Source of the DNA: Eubacteriales bacterium
GTDB lineage: Bacteria > Bacillota > Clostridia > Oscillospirales > QAKW01
NCBI GenBank assembly: GCA_045539335.1
Contig: JAZQFD010000007.1
Coordinates: 18,986-82,985 of the forward strand
DNA: 64,000 nucleotides
Reading direction: 5' to 3'
Positions 47,771 to 54,568 of this stretch are shown here, piece after piece. The notes under the pieces are model-generated. The model had not been told where the DNA came from and did no database searches. It was given only the letters and a program-made list of their open reading frames with translations. Positions within the stretch are counted from its first letter, which is position 1. Every line of letters starts with the position of its first letter. The position numbers and the translations under genes were made by a program.

Positions 47771-48901
47771 ATGCTTGAGAAATTCAAATTGAAGAATACC
47801 GTTTGTTGTGAACTGCTGTTTGTGGTGCCGCCCGTTGGAATGCTCCTTGTTGGCGTGGCGGCGGTGGTGTTGACCCAAGCCCATGTGGTAGGCGTTGGGG
47901 TGTTGCTGGCTTCCATGATCGGAACTTTAGTTTATATTGTGCGCTCCCTGTCGCTGATCTTCAGTGCGGATATTACCTTGAGCTGTTTAAGGAATTGGCA
48001 AAAGGATCGGCTGTGGTACCGCACCTCTGCCAATGGGACAACCCGCAAAGAGGCTGAAGAGATCATAAGTGCCCGCCTTTTGAAATGGGGAAATCGGCAA
48101 GACCCCATGGGTGAGGCTCTTTTGATGAGGCATAAAAAACGCCGTCCCTTCACCGGCTTTTATAAGGTGGTGGATCAAGGGGTACTGCTTTATAGCGTAG
48201 AGCGGCTGACCGAATCGGTTTACCAAAAAATCATGGCGGAAGCCAATGGGGCGGCAAAGGCCATAAAAGAAAAGGGAGAGGATACCGCCTCTGCGGTGGC
48301 GGTGATCCTTTTGGCAGATCGGGTGGAGCGTGCCGTGTTGAATCAGGTGCGTAAGACCCCCGATTATGAAGATTGGATCGTTTTGCCTTGTGTTTTTGAT
48401 GCCGCTTCTCAGCAATATCATCTGGACGGGTTGTATGACTATAGCTTGTTTGGAAAACCGGTGAAAAACGATGCCTTGGATTTACTGGTTAAAACCGTCT
48501 TTGGCGGAGCCCTTCCTTTAGAGGAAAATAATCAGATGGATTATTCCAATCCCATTGCCCAGTGGCAGGAGAAGACCATGGCGGATCTGATTTTGGATTT
48601 TAAGGAAGAAAACCAAAAAGAAAAGAAGTTCATTGAAGAGGCCGCCCAACAATTAAAAGATGGTCAGCTTCTTTACCATGAGGAAAACTTCTACTTAAAG
48701 CACGCTGACCGCTTGGCGGTGTATACAGCCTTTTTGGATGAAGAGGAGCCCCAAAAGGTCTATGTGATGACCGATCTGAATTGGAGCTATCCCAAGCCCC
48801 TGCCCATCTCCAAAAAGGATCAGGAGATCCTCAAAGAGATGGTTCGTGCCCACTATTCCGCCCAACAAATTGAGGTGGAATTTGATGATAACGATCAGTA
48901 A
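47771..48901 (+). CDS. Hypothetical membrane-anchored protein
   Basis: 376 aa with two N-terminal TM helices, host-like GC and a GAGGAA RBS. I do not recognise the family. Confidence 0.6.
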   Translation: MLEKFKLKNTVCCELLFVVPPVGMLLVGVAAVVLTQAHVVGVGVLLASMIGTLVYIVRSLSLIFSADITLSCLRNWQKDRLWYRTSANGTTRKEAEEIISARLLKWGNRQDPMGEALLMRHKKRRPFTGFYKVVDQGVLLYSVERLTESVYQKIMAEANGAAKAIKEKGEDTASAVAVILLADRVERAVLNQVRKTPDYEDWIVLPCVFDAASQQYHLDGLYDYSLFGKPVKNDALDLLVKTVFGGALPLEENNQMDYSNPIAQWQEKTMADLILDFKEENQKEKKFIEEAAQQLKDGQLLYHEENFYLKHADRLAVYTAFLDEEEPQKVYVMTDLNWSYPKPLPISKKDQEILKEMVRAHYSAQQIEVEFDDNDQ

Positions 48902-48966
48902 AACGATCAAAAAAACAGCTTCATTAATCGGCAGTGTGGTATAATGAAATAAAGGAGTGTGATATT

Positions 48967-49779
48967 ATGAAAAAACTATGCGTTGTTTTATCGCTCATGT
49001 TGATTATCCTTTCCCTATCCGCATGTAATGCTATACCACAAACCAACGATTCAGACAATTCCACCGCTCTGGATGGGATCAATGATGACACAAAGAACAG
49101 TTATGAATATATAATAGAAGATGGAACCGCCGCTCTGGATGGGATCAATGATGACACAAAGAACAGTTATGAATATACAATAGAAGATGGAACCGCGACA
49201 ATTATCTCCCATCAATATAATCCCGAGGAAAATGAAATTGTAATTCCGGAAAAAATCGAAGGGAGTATTGTTACCGCTATTGAGAAAAATGCCTTTTATC
49301 AGCACAAGAACACCATTTCGATTGTTTTACCATCCGGTTTAGAAAGAATAGACGGGGGCCCTTTTTATAGGTGCTATTCGTTAAAAACCAGTTTTGTTCC
49401 CCAAAATGTCAAAAGCATAAACGGAAATCCATATTTCCGTTGTTCCTCCTTGGAAACTATAACTGTGGATACGAAAAACCCTTATTTTTGCGATGATAAT
49501 GGCATCTTGTTTAACAAGGACAAAACGACGTTGATCGCATATCCCGAGGGAAAAACAGATGAAAGCTATACCATTCCTAAGACGGTAACAAGAATCGAGG
49601 GAGGCTCCTTTGGCTACCACACCGGAATTAAAAAACTGTATATTTTTTCAAATGTTACGGAGCTTCCCGACTACAATATGTTTGTTTATCCTCAAGATAT
49701 CAAAATATATGTTGAGGCAGGCTCTGCTGCGGAAGAATATGTAAAAAAGTTTGATTTGAATTTTGAAATCATCAGTTGA
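48967..49779 (+). CDS. Leucine-rich-repeat (BspA/LRR_5-type) surface lipoprotein
   Basis: The start is MKKLCVVLSLMLIILSLSACNA. Repeats of the type I..IEKNAFY.C..L..I.LP..L..I occur, and the RBS is AAAGGAG. Confidence 0.8.
   Translation: MKKLCVVLSLMLIILSLSACNAIPQTNDSDNSTALDGINDDTKNSYEYIIEDGTAALDGINDDTKNSYEYTIEDGTATIISHQYNPEENEIVIPEKIEGSIVTAIEKNAFYQHKNTISIVLPSGLERIDGGPFYRCYSLKTSFVPQNVKSINGNPYFRCSSLETITVDTKNPYFCDDNGILFNKDKTTLIAYPEGKTDESYTIPKTVTRIEGGSFGYHTGIKKLYIFSNVTELPDYNMFVYPQDIKIYVEAGSAAEEYVKKFDLNFEIIS
49064..49195 (+). repeat. 66-bp tandem duplication (x2, 65/66 identical) inside the LRR lipoprotein gene
   Basis: It encodes ALDGINDDTKNSYEY(I/T)IEDGTA twice. Confidence 0.9.
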
Positions 49780-49822
49780 ACAACAAGCAAAAAGGCTTGA
49801 CCGGACGGTCAAGCCTTTTTCA

Positions 49823-49945
49823 TTAGAACAAAGTCGTTATCCAATAAATAATCCCATACACCACACTGGCCACGGTGCCGTAGGCAATGACGGGTCCGGC
49901 GATGGTGAAAATTTTGGCACCAAGACCAAGAATGAAGCCCTCTGC
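49823..49945 (-). pseudogene. Detached copy of the last 39 codons plus stop of spoVAC (copy A)
   Basis: It encodes EGFILGLGAKIFTIAGPVIAYGTVASVVYGIIYWITTLF*, identical to the live gene. There are 16 nucleotide differences, all at third codon positions. Confidence 0.9.
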
Positions 49946-49981
49946 TTGTGGTCAAGTAGGACCCATTAGTTTTGGAAAACA

Positions 49982-50010
49982 TTTACATTAAAACAGCGAG
50001 GTGGTATAAT
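49982..50010 (+). promoter_or_regulatory. Cassette promoter (module A)
   Basis: TTTACA (49982), 17 nt, then TATAAT (50005), 21 nt upstream of the ATG at 50032. Confidence 0.55.
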
Positions 50011-50031
50011 AAAAATAAAGGAGTTAATGCT

Positions 50032-50418
50032 ATGAAGAAGCTTATCTGTGTTTTTTTATTTATGTGCTTACTTTTTGCAGGTTGCCAAAATCAAAACTCA
50101 AATGAGAATTGGGGCAGTTTCACCGCCGAAAAAGCATATAGCTATGATCAAAAATACTATGCCATCCAAAACTCAAAAGAAATGGACGATATTTCTTTTA
50201 TAGAAGTTGTAATATATAACGGCAAAAATGAAATGGTATACACTTTCACACCTGCCCGTGCCTCTGATTTTTGGGGGATATGTTGGGAAAAAGACACCTA
50301 TAATATTTGGATTCAATCAGCAGATATTGGTATAATTTGTTACTCTTATGATAATGAAATGTGGACTGAGAACAATACTGCGGTCCGTCCTGACTATATT
50401 ATTTCAAAATACGATTAA
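50032..50418 (+). CDS. Small lipoprotein, unknown function
   Basis: 128 aa starting MKKLICVFLFMCLLFAGCQN (lipobox), AT-rich. Confidence 0.7.
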   Translation: MKKLICVFLFMCLLFAGCQNQNSNENWGSFTAEKAYSYDQKYYAIQNSKEMDDISFIEVVIYNGKNEMVYTFTPARASDFWGICWEKDTYNIWIQSADIGIICYSYDNEMWTENNTAVRPDYIISKYD

Positions 50419-50462
50419 ATCATCTTATTAAAAGGCTTGACCGGACGGTCAAGCCTTTTACA

Positions 50463-50585
50463 TTAGAATAATGTTGTTATCCAATAAATAATCCCATAAA
50501 CCACGCTGGCCACGGTGCCGTAGGCAATGACCGGCCCGGCGATGGTAAAAATCTTGGCACCAAGGCCGAGGATGAAGCCCTCTGC
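50463..50585 (-). pseudogene. Detached copy of the spoVAC 3' end (copy B)
   Basis: It encodes the same 39-aa peptide plus stop. All differences from the live gene are synonymous. Confidence 0.9.
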
Positions 50586-50622
50586 TGCTGTCAATATAGG
50601 ACACAGTGATTTCACAAAAATA

Positions 50623-50651
50623 TTTACATTAAAACGGCGGTGCGGTATAAT
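50623..50651 (+). promoter_or_regulatory. Cassette promoter (module B)
   Basis: TTTACA, 17 nt, then TATAAT, 21 nt upstream of the ATG at 50673. Confidence 0.55.
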
Positions 50652-50672
50652 GAAACAAAAGGTGGTGGAAAA

Positions 50673-51992
50673 ATGTTTGTCTTTGCTTTTGTTTTGTATG
50701 CAGTCGCAATTAGTTTTATTGCAAACAGCTATGCAATAGTTCAGCAAGAACTGCAAAGCTTGTTTGTTTTAATACCTGTTTTTCTTTTTGTAAATATTTT
50801 TGCAGGTTGTTTATTATTAAAAACAAAAAGAAAATCTCTTAAAATTTGCTGTCACGGTACAGTACTGTTAGTTTCATTTTACATATCTATAATTGTATCT
50901 GCTATTTGTCAAATTGTTATTGCAATAAAGACGATTCCAAACGATTATATGTTATTTGTTTGGAGTCTGGTATTTTGCATTTGTGTTAATTTCGTTATCT
51001 TTTGGAACGGAATTATTTGTGTATATCTGACATCAACACAATTAGGCATTAAAATAAGGGTTATTGGTATCGTTTGCGGTATGATACCTATAGCAAACTT
51101 AGTTACTTTATTTTTTATCATCAAAACCACTATTACAGAATGTTTGGTTGAATCAAAAAAAGAAAAAATCAACAAACAACGGCATGACCTAAAAATTTGC
51201 GCCACAAAATATCCAATCCTTTTCGTTCATGGTGTCTTTTTCCGTGATACAAAATACTTCAATTACTGGGGAAGAATACCGGGTGAATTAGAAACAAACG
51301 GTGCAACAATATTTTATGGCAATCACCACTCCGCTTCATCGGTGGCTGACAGTGCCGCTGAATTAAAATCACGCATCACAGAAATACTTTCTGAAACAGG
51401 GGCGAAAAAACTAAATATAATCGCTCATTCTAAAGGTGGTCTTGATTGCCGTTATGCAATTTCAAAACTCGGCATCGCCGATAAGGTTGCTTCTCTAACT
51501 ACAATAAACACTCCGCACAACGGTTGCTTGTTTGCCGATTATCTGCTCAGCAAAATACCGTCATCCACAAAAAACAAGGTGGCAGACACCTATAATTCAA
51601 CACTTAAAAAATTCGGTGAGCCAAATCCTGATTTTCTTGCGGCGGTCAATGATTTAACCGATCACTACTGTAAACAACTGAATGTTGAATTAGCAACACC
51701 ACCAGAGATTTACTGTCAAAGCGTCGGTTCGGTACTAACAAAAGCTACAAGCGGTAAATTTCCTCTAAATCTTTCATACCATTTGGTTAAATATTTTAGC
51801 GGCGAAAATGACGGCCTTGTAGGTGAAACATCGTTTAAGTGGGGAGAAAATTATATTCTTTTAAGGCCAACTGAAAAACGAGGCATATCTCATGGTGATA
51901 TGATTGATCTTAACAGACAAAATTTCAAAAGTTTTGATGTAAGAGAATTTTATGTAAATTTAGTAAGCGATCTAAAAAATAAAGGGTTTTAA
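50673..51992 (+). CDS. Membrane-anchored alpha/beta-hydrolase (lipase/esterase class with AHSKGG nucleophile elbow)
   Basis: I use the start MFVFAFVLYAV (439 aa). There are about 5 N-terminal TM helices. PILFVHG and IIAHSKGGLD follow. Confidence 0.75.
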   Translation: MFVFAFVLYAVAISFIANSYAIVQQELQSLFVLIPVFLFVNIFAGCLLLKTKRKSLKICCHGTVLLVSFYISIIVSAICQIVIAIKTIPNDYMLFVWSLVFCICVNFVIFWNGIICVYLTSTQLGIKIRVIGIVCGMIPIANLVTLFFIIKTTITECLVESKKEKINKQRHDLKICATKYPILFVHGVFFRDTKYFNYWGRIPGELETNGATIFYGNHHSASSVADSAAELKSRITEILSETGAKKLNIIAHSKGGLDCRYAISKLGIADKVASLTTINTPHNGCLFADYLLSKIPSSTKNKVADTYNSTLKKFGEPNPDFLAAVNDLTDHYCKQLNVELATPPEIYCQSVGSVLTKATSGKFPLNLSYHLVKYFSGENDGLVGETSFKWGENYILLRPTEKRGISHGDMIDLNRQNFKSFDVREFYVNLVSDLKNKGF

Positions 51993-52029
51993 CGCAAAAG
52001 GCTTGACCGATTTGGTCAAGCCTTTTTCA

Positions 52030-52152
52030 TTAGAACAAAGTCGTTATCCAATAAATAATCCCATACACCACACTCGCTACGGTGCCATAGGCGATGACCG
52101 GCCCGGCGATGGTGAAGATCTTGGCGCAAAGACCAAGAATGAAGCCCTCTGC
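52030..52152 (-). pseudogene. Detached copy of the spoVAC 3' end (copy C)
   Basis: It encodes the same peptide except for one replacement (GLGAK to GLCAK). Confidence 0.9.
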
Positions 52153-52189
52153 TTGTGGTTAAGTAGGACCCATTAGTTTTTGAAAAATA

Positions 52190-52218
52190 TTCACATTAAA
52201 TCAGCGGTGCGGTACAAT
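52190..52218 (+). promoter_or_regulatory. Cassette promoter (module C, weaker match)
   Basis: TTCACA, 17 nt, then TACAAT. Confidence 0.4.
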
Positions 52219-52238
52219 GAAATAAAGAGGTGATACTA

Positions 52239-52358
52239 TTGAAAAAATATATTCTTTGTTTCTTTACTGTTTATTTAATATTTTTATCCGGTTGTTCTTT
52301 TTACAGTTCTTTCAGATCAATGATAAAGAGCGTAGCGCCGCGGGTGGTGGGCTCATAG
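52239..52358 (+). pseudogene. Truncated cassette ORF: lipoprotein signal peptide only
   Basis: TTG-start MKKYILCFFTVYLIFLSGCS. The frame then runs into the antisense of the convergent GC-rich gene and stops after 39 codons. Confidence 0.55.
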
Positions 52359-53962
52359 CTGACGGTGGCGATGATATAAAGCTTTCCGTTGCTTTCATGG
52401 GCCACCGGGTAGTGGCAGGCGGGCGCATTTTGGGTGGCAGTGGGTTGGCCGTCGAAAAGGATCTGCTTACGGGTGAATTTTTCGCCCCGGGGCTCGGTGA
52501 AATAGATGGCCAGGCAGGAGCGGTCGGGGCGGTCAATATTGGCCACCAGATACTTTCTGCCGTCTGCAAGATTTCCTGCATACATTTTGGAGTTGACATA
52601 GGGAATATCGTGGCTGTAGGCCTCGCTCCAGCTTTCGCCCAGATCCTCGGAAAGATAGAGGAGGGGAACCTTTCGCCGATCGTTGCGGTTGAACATATAC
52701 AGCCGATCTCCCGCCTGCATTACCGAGATCTCGGGATGGCGCAGATTGGTGCCGTCGGGCAGGTCCCCGTTTTCAGCGATCTTTACCAATCGCCATTCAG
52801 CGTCGATCTTTCCGCTGTCGGAGATCAATACGGCAGGGGTATTGGGGAAGCCGTCCAATTCGCCCACCCGGCCCGGAAGCATCAGCTTTCCGTTGGGAAG
52901 AGCCACCACATTGGTGTTCAGCTTGAAGGGAATGGGGCGGGACCATAAAAACTCAAATTTCCCTGTATCATTATTCAGGCGGAAGAGATCCAGAGAATGG
53001 ATATGGTCGGGGGCAACCATTTGGTTGACCAGCAGATAGAGGGTATCATCGCAGATGCCGTAGACCGGCGGGCAATAGATGATCTTTTTGGCTTGGTCTT
53101 CGCAGAGCAGCTCCAGCCGACTCCAGGTCTTTCCGCCGTCATAGGAGCGCTTGCCGTAGATGGGGGTATAACCCTGCAGTTCGAATTTATGGCAATGGTA
53201 CCAGGAGGCATATAAAACACCGTGGTATTCAATGATCGCCGCCTCATGGAGAAAGCGGAATTGGCGGTTCGGCTCCTGCACAGAGATCTTCTCGAAAGGA
53301 AGATCAAGTTCTTGCAGTGTGGGGCCCATCATAGAAAGGAAGGGGTATTTTTTGGCCGAGAGGATATCGTTGAATTCATAGAAATCATGAAGATGAATTC
53401 CCGAGTATTGGCTCTTGAAGGCGGTGGGAGAAAGCCCCACTATCTTAGTGAAGACCTCGGTGAAATAGCTGACATTATTGAAGCCATAGGTAATGGCGAT
53501 ATCGGCGATCTTTTCATCGGTGGTGAGGAGCCTTTTGATGGCGGCCTCCAATCTCTTCTGGGTGCGGAAGGTATTGACCGAAACACCGTATACGCTCTTG
53601 AACAGATGGCACATATAGTAATAGCTGATATTGATCTCTTTGGCGATCTCTTCAATGCTGATGTCTTCGGTCAGATGAGCGTTGATATAGGTGACCACCC
53701 GCTGGATCAGGTCGTTTTCAAGGCTTCGGGTGTTGGTTCGCCCTGCCTTCACAATATCAATGATCGCGGTCAGGATCTCTGCGTCGCAGCCTTCGGTTTC
53801 GTTGAATTCGGCGATCTTGGCATCCAGCTGGGGCTGATAAATGTTGCTTCGCTCCAGGCAGTCCAATTTGAAGTATTCAAAAACCGCCATAATGATATCG
53901 CTTTTTTCAGTATTCTCGATGAGGTATTCGGCGATAACTCGGTTGCAGCTTTTGTTGTTCAT
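52301..53962 (-). CDS. AraC-type HTH regulator fused to a BNR/sialidase-like beta-propeller
   Basis: 553 aa. The AraC HTH lies at about residues 95-190 (SIEEIAKEINISYYYMCHLFKSVYG...GFNNVSYFTEVFTKIVGLSP). Asp-box motifs SYDGGKTWS and SEDLGESWS follow. GC is host-like (57% spot count). Confidence 0.8.
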   Translation of the reverse strand: MNNKSCNRVIAEYLIENTEKSDIIMAVFEYFKLDCLERSNIYQPQLDAKIAEFNETEGCDAEILTAIIDIVKAGRTNTRSLENDLIQRVVTYINAHLTEDISIEEIAKEINISYYYMCHLFKSVYGVSVNTFRTQKRLEAAIKRLLTTDEKIADIAITYGFNNVSYFTEVFTKIVGLSPTAFKSQYSGIHLHDFYEFNDILSAKKYPFLSMMGPTLQELDLPFEKISVQEPNRQFRFLHEAAIIEYHGVLYASWYHCHKFELQGYTPIYGKRSYDGGKTWSRLELLCEDQAKKIIYCPPVYGICDDTLYLLVNQMVAPDHIHSLDLFRLNNDTGKFEFLWSRPIPFKLNTNVVALPNGKLMLPGRVGELDGFPNTPAVLISDSGKIDAEWRLVKIAENGDLPDGTNLRHPEISVMQAGDRLYMFNRNDRRKVPLLYLSEDLGESWSEAYSHDIPYVNSKMYAGNLADGRKYLVANIDRPDRSCLAIYFTEPRGEKFTRKQILFDGQPTATQNAPACHYPVAHESNGKLYIIATVSYEPTTRGATLFIIDLKEL

Positions 53963-54116
53963 AATAAAAACCCTCCCATCTGCTTTTATTGTATCAAAGG
54001 GGAGGGCTCTTTTCTATAACAAATTTGTCTTGTTGATGATCCCGACAGACTGCAGAAAACGATGGCTTTATTCTTTTAAATAATAAAGAATATTGAATGA
54101 CTAAGAAATAAGAAAT

Positions 54117-54551
54117 TTAAAACAAGGTTGTGATCCAATAAATAATCCCATACACCACGCTGGCCACGGTACCATAGGCGATGACGGGGCCGGCGATGGT
54201 GAAGATCTTGGCGCCCAGGCCGAGGATGAAGCCCTCTTGCTTAAATTCCATGGCGGCGCTGGTGATGGAGTTGGAAAAGCCGGTGATAGGGATGATGGAG
54301 CCGCCTCCGGCGAATTTACCCAATTTATCATAGACGCCAATAGCGGTGAGCAGTGCTCCCAAAAAGACCATGCAGATGGGCAGCCACAGCCGCACCTCCT
54401 CCCGATGCAACCAGTTGCCCAAAAGATCGGCAATGGCCTGTCCGATGCAGCAGATGATGCCGCCCACCCAAAAGGCATTGATGCAATCCTTCAGAATGGG
54501 AGAGTTGGGGGTCTTTTTTTGGAGATAGGCATTATATTCTTTTTTATCCAT
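54117..54551 (-). CDS. spoVAC: Stage V sporulation protein AC
   Basis: I prefer the start MDKKEYNAYLQKKTP, which has a GAGGTGA RBS 6 nt upstream (144 aa). It has 4 TM helices and the PITGFSNSI motif. Confidence 0.88.
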   Translation of the reverse strand: MDKKEYNAYLQKKTPNSPILKDCINAFWVGGIICCIGQAIADLLGNWLHREEVRLWLPICMVFLGALLTAIGVYDKLGKFAGGGSIIPITGFSNSITSAAMEFKQEGFILGLGAKIFTIAGPVIAYGTVASVVYGIIYWITTLF

Positions 54552-54568
54552 AACATTCACCTCAAAAA

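Larger units (their letters stand above)
49789..50031. repeat. Junction module A
   Basis: Hairpin AAAGGCTTGACCggacGGTCAAGCCTTT, then spoVAC 3' copy (49823..49945), a spacer, TTTACA-N17-TATAAT, and AAAGGAG. Confidence 0.9.
50430..50672. repeat. Junction module B
   Basis: Same layout as module A, with the same hairpin sequence. Confidence 0.9.
51996..52238. repeat. Junction module C
   Basis: Same layout as modules A and B. The hairpin loop differs (cgattt) and the promoter is TTCACA-N17-TACAAT. Confidence 0.9.
48921..52300. mobile_element. AT-rich gene-cassette array built on a reiterated ~240-bp junction module
   Basis: A half module at 48921..48966 is followed by three full modules that separate four unrelated plus-strand ORF slots. 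A spot count gives 27% GC (50881..50940). Composition changes abruptly at 52300/52301. Confidence 0.5.

Noticed and set aside
50463-50756. A 97-aa minus-strand ORF that ends with the SpoVAC C-terminal peptide.
   Set aside because: It is a chimera. Only its last ~40 codons are the detached spoVAC fragment. The upstream part reads through the spacer, the promoter module and the antisense of the lipase gene start. It has no RBS and no SpoVAC-like N-terminus.
16558-54116. The idea that the whole 37.5 kb between spoVAD and spoVAC is one giant insertion that split the spoVA operon.
   Set aside because: The interval is mostly host-GC housekeeping DNA (metH, metF, asnA, mltG, nagA, luxS and others). 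It has no mobility genes, and its ends are not repeats of each other. A rearrangement or an ancestral split is more plausible.
48921-54237. Regularly repeated ~240-bp units that might be taken for a CRISPR array or a satellite.
   Set aside because: The repeats are far too long (about 240 bp). Their spacing is irregular (640, 1567 and 2087 bp). The intervening 'spacers' are complete genes with RBSs, and part of each repeat is a coding fragment of spoVAC.
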